DNA of 64,000 nt. Source: Vulcanimicrobiota bacterium. GTDB lineage: Bacteria; Vulcanimicrobiota; JAJTBE01. Location: contig JAIORV010000162.1 in the NCBI GenBank assembly GCA_021107945.1, forward strand, positions 7,999-71,998. The letters run 5' to 3'. Position numbers and translations under genes: made by a program. Every line of letters starts with the position of its first letter. Within the stretch, counting starts at the first letter, position 1. Shown piece by piece: positions 28,476-37,763 of this stretch. Below the pieces are notes generated by a model. The model did not search any database, was not told where the DNA came from, and saw only the letters and a program-made list of their open reading frames with translations.

Positions 28476-30095
28476 ATGAAGAAACCAAAAAATCCACTGG
28501 AAATGATAAAGTTTCCGGAAATTATATCAAAGATTGGTTCTCCGTTCGGACTTGGTATGGCTGGCGTAGAAAAGGATTTTTTTGACTCCGGTTTTGAGAT
28601 CAGGATAATAAGCGGAATGGATCAGGGCAATACTTACCCGTTGAATTCAAAGGAAATTACACTGGGAAGGAAAGAATCTCCTGACGAGGTGTTGAAAAAT
28701 CATATCTTGTTTGTTGATTCTTCAGTTTCAAGAGTTCATGCAGTTCTCCGGTGGGATTTGGATCTCGAGAAATATGTAATTTATCATCTTTCCAAGGAAA
28801 ACCCCACACTTGTAAACGGCCGTGCCGTAAAGAAATCTCTTTTAAATCCCAATTACAGGGTGCAGGTGGGGGAATTATCTTTTGAAGTTGTTTCAATCAA
28901 GGAAAAACGAAGAAGAGAATCTACTGTACTCTGGCAAAAATTCAAGGCAGGCGATGAGAGGGGAGAAAAGGAAGTTGACTCGGGTTATAAGCTCATAGTT
29001 GTGGAAGGACCCGACAAAGGAGAATCCTTTGATCTTGACAAGAACCTCATGATCATCGGCAGGCGAAAGGGAGCCGGTGATATAAGAGATACTTACGGGA
29101 TTCTTCTGTCGGATTCTGATTTACCCGACGAACTTGCGCTTCTTGTCTGGAATGAGAATGAGGGAAAATATAATATATTCCAGTCGGAGGATTCGCAGGT
29201 TGCCATAAAACTGTTCAGGGTTATGGAAACGGCCGAGGGTTCCCGGATTGTTGGCAGAGAATTCCAGAATATATTGGAAGATAAGGACTCAATAATGGCC
29301 GGTCAGACGGTGATGGTGGTTCATAAAGCAACGGAAGCTGAGACGCCTGATGCTAAGGTTGATATTGAAAAGGAGCTCAAGATCGAATCTCTTGCCGGCA
29401 TGGGAGGAATGGGACTTACCGCCCCGGGATCTTTCAGAATTGATTTTGTATTTGAGGTTCTCGACGGTCCCGGCAAGGGCCAGAAAATATCGCTTCTATC
29501 CGATGAGATGAACGAGGGGAAAATCATAACTTTTGGAAAAAGTGGAGATACGAGGCAAAATGATATTGAACTTGAGGATGAAACCATCGACAACACACAG
29601 GGTTATCTTGAATTCTCTGAAGGAAACCTATATCTTATCAATGAGATAGGGCAGTCCCAGGTGAAGGTAAACAAATATGTAATAAATGAGAATGAGAAGA
29701 TTGTCTTAAACAGTGGAGACCATATCCGGATAGGAGACACAATCCTTGGGTTTACCGACAACAGGGTACTTGCGGCGTTAAGAAATTATTCACTGGTGGT
29801 TATTGCCGGCGAGGAAGATGATAAATCAAAACGATTTACCCTTACCAGAACCGCCGCATTCATAGGCAGAGGATCAGCCTGTGATGTGAGGGTCCTGGAC
29901 CCAGAGATCTCAAGATTACATGCAGTTTTCACATTTAAATCGGGACGCTTTCACCTTGAGCATAAATCAAATATTAATCCCACATTTGTAAACGGTGTTT
30001 CACTTAAAAAAGGACAGGATAGGATTGTATTTCCCGGTGATAAAATATATCTTTCAGGGAAGACCATCCTTCAACTGATCAGGGCCAACGGTTAG
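28476..30095 (+). CDS. Protein with four FHA (forkhead-associated, phospho-Thr binding) domains
   Basis: Four separate units of the type ITLGR/IIGRR/ITFGK/AFIGRG ... SR.HA with conserved G-R...S.H..N spacing (e.g. ITLGRKESPDEV...VSRVHAVL and FIGRGSACDVRVLDPEISRLHAVF). Confidence 0.8.
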   Translation: MKKPKNPLEMIKFPEIISKIGSPFGLGMAGVEKDFFDSGFEIRIISGMDQGNTYPLNSKEITLGRKESPDEVLKNHILFVDSSVSRVHAVLRWDLDLEKYVIYHLSKENPTLVNGRAVKKSLLNPNYRVQVGELSFEVVSIKEKRRRESTVLWQKFKAGDERGEKEVDSGYKLIVVEGPDKGESFDLDKNLMIIGRRKGAGDIRDTYGILLSDSDLPDELALLVWNENEGKYNIFQSEDSQVAIKLFRVMETAEGSRIVGREFQNILEDKDSIMAGQTVMVVHKATEAETPDAKVDIEKELKIESLAGMGGMGLTAPGSFRIDFVFEVLDGPGKGQKISLLSDEMNEGKIITFGKSGDTRQNDIELEDETIDNTQGYLEFSEGNLYLINEIGQSQVKVNKYVINENEKIVLNSGDHIRIGDTILGFTDNRVLAALRNYSLVVIAGEEDDKSKRFTLTRTAAFIGRGSACDVRVLDPEISRLHAVFTFKSGRFHLEHKSNINPTFVNGVSLKKGQDRIVFPGDKIYLSGKTILQLIRANG

Positions 30096-30312
30096 GCTAT
30101 ATTGCTTTTTTCAGGAAGAGTGATAATAATGAAATGTCGAAAAAAATCGCGGGCTATTGTTCGTCAAGCTATCAAAGTAAGAAACAGGGATGAACAAAAG
30201 AGAAAGTTCAATAGAAAACTTCATGAGAAAATGAAAAGTGAAGATGAAAAAGCCCGCAAGTCGGAATTGGTTACAGTATTGTTATAATCCGGCTTGAATA
30301 TTTATAAATTGT

Positions 30313-31062
30313 GTGTTTGAACAGCCCAATAAAATGGGTGAGGATTTGATTTTGAAAAATTTAATATTTGAAAACAAGCAAATAGAGGAGACACTAATAA
30401 GGGATATTCCGTTTCTAAATGATATCCCGGTGGAAGCAAAGGATCTCCTTGTGTCAAGATCCCAATCTGTAAAATTTTCACCTAAACAAATTATTTATTA
30501 TCAGGAAGATCCAAATAACAACTTCTACATTATACTCAAGGGACAGGCGAAAATCAGTAAATACAACGCCGAAGGAAAGGAAATAACCGTTGAAATTCTT
30601 GGAAAGGGAGACATGTTCGGATATGCTTCCCTTATAGAGAATAAATGCTCGGAATCTACAGTTACAACATTAACAAGTTCTATAATGTTGATTTTAAATG
30701 GGAGGGACTTTTTATCACTGCTAAGTGATTTTCCTACAGTAATTCATTTTATACTTAAAAATGCATGCCTTCGATTGAGAAATGCTTACCAGCATATAGA
30801 AAATATTTCATCTACAAATGTTCAAAAAAGAGTTATCAGGATCCTGCTGGAGTTGGGCAGGCAAGAAGGAGAATATGAAGGCAGGAAACTTGTCTATAAT
30901 ACAAAACTGACTCACCAGGAACTTGCAAACCTTGCGGGAACATCAAGAGAGACCGTTACCAGAATACTCACTTTTCTCAAGAAAAACGGCTATATAACTG
31001 TAGCTAGATCGAGGATTACAATACTGGCGGAAGATAAGATGGAAGACATACTGAGTAAATAG
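30313..31062 (+). CDS. Crp/Fnr family transcriptional regulator
   Basis: cNMP-binding beta-roll (ILKGQAKISKYNAEGKEITVEILGKGDMFGY) and a C-terminal HTH (THQELANLAGTSRETVTRIL). Confidence 0.85.
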   Translation: MFEQPNKMGEDLILKNLIFENKQIEETLIRDIPFLNDIPVEAKDLLVSRSQSVKFSPKQIIYYQEDPNNNFYIILKGQAKISKYNAEGKEITVEILGKGDMFGYASLIENKCSESTVTTLTSSIMLILNGRDFLSLLSDFPTVIHFILKNACLRLRNAYQHIENISSTNVQKRVIRILLELGRQEGEYEGRKLVYNTKLTHQELANLAGTSRETVTRILTFLKKNGYITVARSRITILAEDKMEDILSK

Positions 31063-31224
31063 TAAATAGAAATATAAATGTTATTTATGTGATTGTAGAA
31101 AATATATCATTTATGGGTAGATGTCGTTAAACTTTTATCTTATGATATTTTTGACTTATGAGTAATGTTAATAATATAAATAAAATGTTATAATAAATGG
31201 AAGATATATAAACAAAGGTCTGTT

Positions 31225-31842
31225 TTGGATGTCTGCCAAAATATGCATTTCTTACAAAAAGTAAAAGGAAGTGAGTTGATGGAAAACTGTCTGATGACCT
31301 TAATGGTCGGTGGTGAAGGTGAAGGTGAAGATGGCAGAGGAATTAGACCAAATCTCTTCTTGTTCTTTTGCGGTGGCAAAGAACCGCGCTGGATCAGGAA
31401 AGACCTGGGATTACAAGAAAAAGACAAAGACGAGAGCGACAAAACTATAATTGCAGATGTGATTCATTATCCGCATAACGACCAGATGCCTTACGTTTTA
31501 ACTGACTTATTACTGAGATTTTGCCCGCAGATAAGTGCTTCATATGACAAAATAAGAGAGCTTTTCGACAAAATTGAGTCCTCAACTTCGATGTCGATTG
31601 ACGATTATTTTCAGAATTACAAGGGAATGAAACATCACAAAGAATCCAGAAGAATTTTGGCACTTTGCAGAGAAACATTTGAAGACTCAAAAATACTTTC
31701 CAAGATTGTAATGCATGTACTTATTGGTGGGCCTAAAATTCAGATTGTTGATAACCTGAAAAGAATGAATGCTCCCTTCGAATTGGGAATAACTGAAAAA
31801 TATAGATTAAAAGGAAAAGGTGGCATAGAAGAAGTATTATAA
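31225..31842 (+). CDS. Hypothetical protein
   Basis: 205-aa ORF, followed by a strong intrinsic terminator. The start may be the internal ATG at 31279. Confidence 0.45.
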   Translation: MDVCQNMHFLQKVKGSELMENCLMTLMVGGEGEGEDGRGIRPNLFLFFCGGKEPRWIRKDLGLQEKDKDESDKTIIADVIHYPHNDQMPYVLTDLLLRFCPQISASYDKIRELFDKIESSTSMSIDDYFQNYKGMKHHKESRRILALCRETFEDSKILSKIVMHVLIGGPKIQIVDNLKRMNAPFELGITEKYRLKGKGGIEEVL

Positions 31843-31907
31843 TTAACAATAACAAGAATGGTGGAAAATTTTTGTTGTAATGTTATTATAAAGAGAGTGA
31901 TGAGATA

Positions 31908-31950
31908 GAAAAACCCGATAATTTATCCGTAAATTTAATCGGGTTTTTTT
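31908..31950 (+). terminator. Rho-independent terminator
   Basis: AAAAACCCGATAATTTATCCGTAAATTTAATCGGGTTTTTTTT. Confidence 0.6.
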
Positions 31951-31959
31951 TATAAATTA

Positions 31960-33939
31960 ATGAGTAAGTTAAAAAAAGAATTCAAATTGATTGACGTCTT
32001 TGCCATTTCAACCGGGGCGATGATCAGCTCAGGCTTATTTGTGCTTCCCGGCATGGCGTATTCCGTAGCAGGGCCTGCAATGATATTGGCATATCTTGTA
32101 GCGGGATTAATGTATATCCCTGCAATGCTCAGTTATGCCGAGCTTTCAACGGCAATGCCGCGCTCCGGAGGCAGCTACTTTTTCGTGGATAGAAGCATGG
32201 GACCGATCCCCGGAACAATTGGCGGGATGTCTGAGTGGTTATCCCTTATTTTGAAAAGCTCATTTGCACTAATTGGAATTGGCGCATTTGCCACAATATT
32301 CTTTCCCGGAATGGCGGAGATACACATTAAGCTTATTGCAACAGCTTTTTGTGTGTTTTTTGTGATACTCAATATCCATGGCGTAAAAGAGGCAGGCAAG
32401 TTACAAGTTGCCCTTGTTATAGGACTTATCGTTATTCTTGTCCTGTATGTAGTTGAGGGATTCTCTAAGCTGGACCCAATGAATTTCTCTCCGTTCATGC
32501 CCCAGGGCAAACTCTCAATCCTTTCAGCCGCAGGACTGGTGTATATTTCATTTGCAGGACTTACCAAAGTTGTGAATATGGGTGAGGAGATAAAAAACCC
32601 GGGACGAAATATTCCTCTGGGCATGGCATTGGCATTTATAACGGTTATTATAATATATGTATTAGTTACCATTGTAACTGTGGGAATTGTGCCCGGCAGC
32701 GAGTTGTCAGGTAATCTTGCCCCCCTTGCTCTGGGAGGCAAAAAAATGATGGGAACTTTCGGAGAGATCCTCATCACGGTTGCCGCCCTGTTTGCATTTG
32801 CAACAACAGCAAACGCAGGCATTATGGCCGCTTCAAGGACGCCGGTCTCTATGAGCAGGGACGGCCATTTACCCACGTTTTTACACAAAATCCATCCAAA
32901 ATATCACACTCCCCGTAATGCAATACTTCTTACCGGGACAATCATGATAGCATTTATACTTCTACTGGATATCCGGACATTTGTAAAAACAGCTTCAGTC
33001 GTCATGCTCATTCTTCTTACAATGATATGTATTGCTGTTATCGTGATGAGAGAGAGTAAACTCTATAATTATAAGCCCATATTTCGCTCACCCTTTTATC
33101 CGTATGTTCAGATAATAGGAATCCTCGCGTATTCTTACCTTCTTCTCACAATCGGTGTGAAGCCGCTGGTAATGACGGCAATTCTTTTATTCGCAGGCTT
33201 TATCTGGTACTGGATTTATGCCAGGATCCGGATAAACAGGGAATCCGCCCTTGTACACGTGATAGAAAGGTTCATGGATACAAAGTATGACAGAGACCTG
33301 GCTCAGGAAAAGCTCGCCACGGAATTGAAAGAAATCGTCAAGGAGCGAGACGAGGTGGTAGAAGATCTGCTTGACAGGCTTGTGACAAATGCAACGGCCA
33401 TTGAGCTTGAAGATGGTATTACGAGAGATGAATTCTTCAAACTTGTATCGGAGCAATTCGCCGATAGATACCAGATTGAAGCTCGGGAGTTATTTGAACA
33501 TCTGCAAAAAAGAGAAGCGGAGTCAACATCCGAGATTTTACCGGGACTTGCCATTCCTCATATTATTATCGACGGGAAATGTGAATTTTCATTGCTAATG
33601 GCTCGAAGTAAGGAAGGAATTGATTTCTCACCGGGAATGAAACCCGCACATGCCATATTTGTCTTTATCGGGACAAAGGAAATGAGGTCCCTGTATCTCA
33701 GATCCCTTGTTGCGATAACTGAAATTGCTCAGCAAAAGGATTTCGAAGAATTCTGGAGGAACGCAAGAGATGAGGAGGAGCTTCGTAATATTATATTAAT
33801 GGGAGAGAGAAAGAGGGTCCACATGATAAACTGCCTGCATTGCCCCGAGGACGCTCTTTTTGAAGAAAAGAAATACTGCCCCATATACTATGATGAAGAA
33901 GGAAAGGTCAATAGAGGGAAAGGGGAAACGGGAAGTTGA
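31960..33939 (+). CDS. APC-superfamily amino acid permease with a roughly 220-aa cytoplasmic C-terminal domain
   Basis: 12 predicted TM helices (GAMISSGLFVLPG...). The soluble C-terminal region is acidic. Confidence 0.8.
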   Translation: MSKLKKEFKLIDVFAISTGAMISSGLFVLPGMAYSVAGPAMILAYLVAGLMYIPAMLSYAELSTAMPRSGGSYFFVDRSMGPIPGTIGGMSEWLSLILKSSFALIGIGAFATIFFPGMAEIHIKLIATAFCVFFVILNIHGVKEAGKLQVALVIGLIVILVLYVVEGFSKLDPMNFSPFMPQGKLSILSAAGLVYISFAGLTKVVNMGEEIKNPGRNIPLGMALAFITVIIIYVLVTIVTVGIVPGSELSGNLAPLALGGKKMMGTFGEILITVAALFAFATTANAGIMAASRTPVSMSRDGHLPTFLHKIHPKYHTPRNAILLTGTIMIAFILLLDIRTFVKTASVVMLILLTMICIAVIVMRESKLYNYKPIFRSPFYPYVQIIGILAYSYLLLTIGVKPLVMTAILLFAGFIWYWIYARIRINRESALVHVIERFMDTKYDRDLAQEKLATELKEIVKERDEVVEDLLDRLVTNATAIELEDGITRDEFFKLVSEQFADRYQIEARELFEHLQKREAESTSEILPGLAIPHIIIDGKCEFSLLMARSKEGIDFSPGMKPAHAIFVFIGTKEMRSLYLRSLVAITEIAQQKDFEEFWRNARDEEELRNIILMGERKRVHMINCLHCPEDALFEEKKYCPIYYDEEGKVNRGKGETGS

Positions 33940-33941
33940 TT

Positions 33942-34040
33942 TGTAGGAGGGACGTCCCCGTCCCGATAAATGGAAAATGGAAAATGGATGTTGGAAAATG
34001 GATGACGGATAACGGCTCTCGTTTCCCACGTCCCGGCTAA
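33942..34040. repeat. REP-like element, copy 3, plus an adjacent GGAAAATGGA microsatellite, in a convergent intergenic region
   Basis: TGTAGGAGGGACGTCCCCGTCCCGATAAA is identical to 10941-10969. It is followed by TGGAAAATGGAAAATGGATG... and GTTTCCCACGTCCCGG, which resembles 10996-11030. Confidence 0.8.
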
Positions 34041-36034
34041 CCGCACTTGGAATAGCCACAGTGTTGGCATACGGAGCATGCTCCCACGAGAATCGTGCCC
34101 TGACCGCATTCATGACATACTATTTCTTTAACTTCAGTCATCATGGGTATATCGAGGGTCTCACCTTCATCGTCCGTCCCGGTATTCCCATTTTCAACAT
34201 CTGTTTTTACACAGACAGACTTTGTTGCCTCATCCGACTCAATATCATCATCCTGCCCGGAGGTCGAATCTCCCATGACTATTACCTGTCCCTCTCTGCT
34301 TCCGTCCCTATAGACGGTAATTCCCTTGAGGTTGTTTCTATGGGCCATCATGTAGATATGACCAACATCTTCTTTTGTAGCGTTCGCGGGTAGGTTTATT
34401 GTCTTTGATACACTCATATCAACATGCTTTTGAAATGACGCCTGGATTAGGACATGCCTTTCCCCGGCAATATCATGCGACGTTACAAACAACTTTCTTA
34501 TATGTTCCGGTATTTCATCAAAATTTTGTATAGTCCCGGTTCTTGCAAGTTTAATCACTAGGTCTTTCGAATAAAACCCTTCTTTTTTTGCCATCTCTTC
34601 AAAGGTGGGGTGAATCTGTAAAAGCTTTTTGTCTCCAAGAACATTTCTCTCGAAGCATACACCGAAAAGAGGCTCAATACCCGGGGAGCACCCTGCAATT
34701 ATCGAGAGAGTGCCTGTGGGAGCGATACTTGTGATTGTTGCATTCCTTATGGTTGTAGCAGGGAAGAAGGTGGATTTTCCCCAGTTCGGGAAGCAACCCC
34801 TCTCTTTTGCCAATTCATTTGAAGCTTTTCTGCCCTCTTTCGAAATAAATTCCATTACCCTGTCCGCTATTTTGAGGGCAAATTCATCTTTATATGAGAT
34901 TCCCAGGAGTATAAGCATGTCGGCAAATCCCATAATCCCGAGACCAATTTTACGGTTCCCTCTGGTTTTTTGCTTTATTTTCGGGATTTGCGGTACATAT
35001 TCATTGACATCAATGACGTTATCAAGGAAACGCACGGCGAGCTTTACTGTTTGAGCGAGATGAGCGTAATCAATTGAACGGTTCTTTACAAATCTGCTGA
35101 GATTTATGGACCCCAGGTTGCAGGCCTCGAAAGGCAGAAGGCAAGCTTCGCCGCATGGATTTGTTGATTCAATCCTCCCCAGCTTTGGTGTCGGATTGTC
35201 AGAGTTTATCCTGTCAAGAAACAGTATGCCGGGCTCTGCATTCTTCCAGGCATTGGTTACTATTTTATCCCAGACGGTGCTGGCTTTGAGAGAGTCTGAT
35301 TTCTTTCCTGAGCGGGGATTGTAAAGATCATAATCGGAATTGTTTTTCAGGGCGTCCATAAACTCGTCGGTAATTGCCACTGATATGTTGAAATTATAGA
35401 AATCTCCCTCCGAGAGCTTGGCATCGATAAAATCCAATATATCCGGGTGATCAATTCGCAATACCCCCATATTTGCTCCCCTGCGGCGACCTCCCTGTTT
35501 CACGGTTTCTGTTGCCTGGTTGAAGACCCTCATAAATGAAATGGGACCGCTCGATACGCCGTTTGTGGTCCTGACGCGATCACCTGCGGGACGTAACCTT
35601 GAAAAGCTATATCCCACACCTCCACCGCTTTTTTGTATGAGAGCCGCTTGTTTTACAGCATCGAATATCTCGGGCATCGAGTCCCCCACAGGTAAAACAA
35701 AGCAGGCGGAAAGTTGACCCTCATCTCTTCCGGCATTCATCAGGGTGGGAGAATTGGGGAGAAAGACCAGGTTGACCATCATATCATAAAACTTCTGGGC
35801 ATATTCTTCCATTTTATTACGATCTCCATATTGGAGCTCCGCAATTGAAACGGTGCTTGCCACCCGGTGGAACATCTCCCGGGGGGTTTCAACCACTTCA
35901 TTTTTGAGATTCTTTTTTAAATACCTTGCCCGAAGTACTGTTATGGCATTGTCCGTAAGCTCGGGTTCTTTATTCGACTTTATCGGATTAATTTCATCAA
36001 ATAAGAGGGGTAATTCCAAATCGTAACTTCCCAT
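34037..36034 (-). CDS. nrdJ: Adenosylcobalamin-dependent ribonucleoside-diphosphate/triphosphate reductase (class II) with a C-terminal zinc ribbon
   Basis: TNPCGEACLLPFEACNLGSINLSRF active-site loop and conserved class II blocks. C-terminal CHECG...CSVCQHCG. An ATG at 36034 has an AGGAGA RBS; the track start at 36046 is a TTG. Confidence 0.88.
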   Translation of the reverse strand: MGSYDLELPLLFDEINPIKSNKEPELTDNAITVLRARYLKKNLKNEVVETPREMFHRVASTVSIAELQYGDRNKMEEYAQKFYDMMVNLVFLPNSPTLMNAGRDEGQLSACFVLPVGDSMPEIFDAVKQAALIQKSGGGVGYSFSRLRPAGDRVRTTNGVSSGPISFMRVFNQATETVKQGGRRRGANMGVLRIDHPDILDFIDAKLSEGDFYNFNISVAITDEFMDALKNNSDYDLYNPRSGKKSDSLKASTVWDKIVTNAWKNAEPGILFLDRINSDNPTPKLGRIESTNPCGEACLLPFEACNLGSINLSRFVKNRSIDYAHLAQTVKLAVRFLDNVIDVNEYVPQIPKIKQKTRGNRKIGLGIMGFADMLILLGISYKDEFALKIADRVMEFISKEGRKASNELAKERGCFPNWGKSTFFPATTIRNATITSIAPTGTLSIIAGCSPGIEPLFGVCFERNVLGDKKLLQIHPTFEEMAKKEGFYSKDLVIKLARTGTIQNFDEIPEHIRKLFVTSHDIAGERHVLIQASFQKHVDMSVSKTINLPANATKEDVGHIYMMAHRNNLKGITVYRDGSREGQVIVMGDSTSGQDDDIESDEATKSVCVKTDVENGNTGTDDEGETLDIPMMTEVKEIVCHECGQGTILVGACSVCQHCGYSKCG

Positions 36035-36257
36035 GGCTTGAATCAATTCTCCTTTTTATATCTATTTATATCTATTTGTAGCAAAGACCACAGAGCCCCC
36101 ATTTTATTCACATTCTTTGCGTTAAAACCAACCCTTATTCATCCTCCGGGCTCCGATTCCACTGCAGATCGTAAAGAATACAGGTTGTTGAGTTGGTCCG
36201 ACATCTAAACCCGGGGCGAGGGATCTTATATAATTTCCATTCTCTATATATAATTTC

Positions 36258-37577
36258 CTACCTTGAGTTTGAAGCTTTTTTGTCCTGAATCCATCGAACC
36301 CTCTCTATCTCTATCAATAATTCATTTGAAATTTTTTCATGACCATAGACGGTCGGATGCATATCATCTAAAAATAGTGGATCCGCCGGTAAATCATGCC
36401 ACTTTCGAAGGAGATCCAGGAATATCCCGCCTTTTTCCTCCGTGACTTCCTTCATTATCTTTCTGTATTGATATAACTCAGTATCTTCTTCTTCAATGAG
36501 AATATCTTTGTTATCATCGACAATGTCATTCTCTGAATCCTCAAATTCTTCCGCTTTCCTGGGCATTGATATCACCAGGATTTTCATACCCCTGTCGTTT
36601 GCAATATCCATTATCGAATTGAGATTCTCCCTGAAATCCACGGCGCTAACCCTGTGAACTCCGCGGTCTTCGGGAACCGACTCGTAAAGATGTGGTTTCT
36701 TCCTGTATTTCGCATTCAGGATCTCCCTGCGAAGGCACATATATATATTGCTTCTATAGAATAATCTCAATAATGGCTGGATGTATCCCTGCGATGCCCT
36801 GTTTTTATCCTCGTCCCAGTCGAAGTCAGGATCGTTGTTGTGAGATATTATTATTGCATCCGGGTCGAATCCGACTCCCTTCCCGCGAAAAAAAATCAGC
36901 GTGGAAAACGTTGTGTAACCGGGAACAGCGGCATTTATTACCTCGATTTTTCTTTCCCTGTATTTCCTGCCGAGCTTTTCCCCCAGAACATTTGCAAAAA
37001 CCTCGTTCTGGTTGACGCCGTATCCGAATGCCGACGAGTCACCAAGAATCATAATCCTGAATGTGTCGGCGGGTTTCTTTTTACTTACCTCGTCCCCTCT
37101 GAACCCATGTCCGTTGACTTTCAACTTGCAAGTAAATCCTCCCACATCAGTCGTCCCCTCATGACCCGGAAAAAGCTCCCATAAATACGCGGGGTGAGGG
37201 CGATGTAAAGGGGGATGCTTGCGGACATGCGCTCCCATAGCATATTCCATTGAGCCGACAATAAGTAAAATCCAAATAACAACATAAACCGACTTCTTCC
37301 ATCCCCTCCATCTGAATGCAAAAAGAGAATCAGTAAGCAAGTAAACAAACACCGCAATAAGAAGTACAATCAATCCCACTTTTTCAGTACCCCTGGGGGG
37401 GTAATTTACATTCTCGGAATAATACGGGTTTACCGACGGAGCGGCTCTTTGGGGAGCGATTCCCGACCCGATTATGAGGATAATAACAACAGCGGCCAAA
37501 ATACCGAATATTATTGCAAATATAAGGTATGGACGGGATATGGATCTATTATCTTTTTTTATTTCCTGATTTTTCAT
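36258..37577 (-). CDS. Membrane-anchored SGNH/GDSL hydrolase family protein
   Basis: N-terminal TM helices, then MILGDSSAFGYG (GDS block) and DMHP near the C-terminus. The track start at 37607 (a GTG) lies inside a repeat element, so the ATG at 37577 is preferred. Confidence 0.65.
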   Translation of the reverse strand: MKNQEIKKDNRSISRPYLIFAIIFGILAAVVIILIIGSGIAPQRAAPSVNPYYSENVNYPPRGTEKVGLIVLLIAVFVYLLTDSLFAFRWRGWKKSVYVVIWILLIVGSMEYAMGAHVRKHPPLHRPHPAYLWELFPGHEGTTDVGGFTCKLKVNGHGFRGDEVSKKKPADTFRIMILGDSSAFGYGVNQNEVFANVLGEKLGRKYRERKIEVINAAVPGYTTFSTLIFFRGKGVGFDPDAIIISHNNDPDFDWDEDKNRASQGYIQPLLRLFYRSNIYMCLRREILNAKYRKKPHLYESVPEDRGVHRVSAVDFRENLNSIMDIANDRGMKILVISMPRKAEEFEDSENDIVDDNKDILIEEEDTELYQYRKIMKEVTEEKGGIFLDLLRKWHDLPADPLFLDDMHPTVYGHEKISNELLIEIERVRWIQDKKASNSR

Positions 37578-37591
37578 TGATTTGTATTTAT

Positions 37592-37680
37592 TCACCGCAA
37601 AGACCACAAAGAATTTTTGTAGGAGGGGTTTCCTAACCCCGATAAACCCTTTGCGTCCTTTGCTTCTTTGCGGTTAATTT
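37592..37680. repeat. Composite hairpin element: triple-heptamer arms CCGCAAAG-ACCACAAAG / CTTTGCGTC-CTTTGCTTC-TTTGCGG around an internal REP-like core
   Basis: The arms are reverse complements of each other. The core TGTAGGAGGGGTTTCCTAACCCCGATAAA belongs to the same family as the 10941 and 33942 elements. Confidence 0.7.
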
Positions 37681-37763
37681 TAATCATCCAAATATTTACC
37701 CACATAATATAGAGAAGAGCTGAATAAATTCTCTGCGGACTCCGCGATCTCCGCGGTTAATAA

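Noticed and set aside
30102-30287. 61-aa highly basic ORF between the FHA gene and the Crp gene
   Set aside because: It is only 6 nt from the FHA stop and has extreme K/R composition. It could be a real small protein, but there is no supporting motif or RBS.
32175-32888. 237-aa minus-strand ORF inside the permease gene
   Set aside because: Antisense to a 12-TM permease with a clear hydrophobic periodicity. The antisense translation is featureless.
36047-36257. Possible cobalamin riboswitch upstream of nrdJ
   Set aside because: I looked for the B12-box (GCCACTG-type core) and the usual paired regions on the coding strand and did not find them. The leader instead contains one of the heptamer-arm repeat elements.
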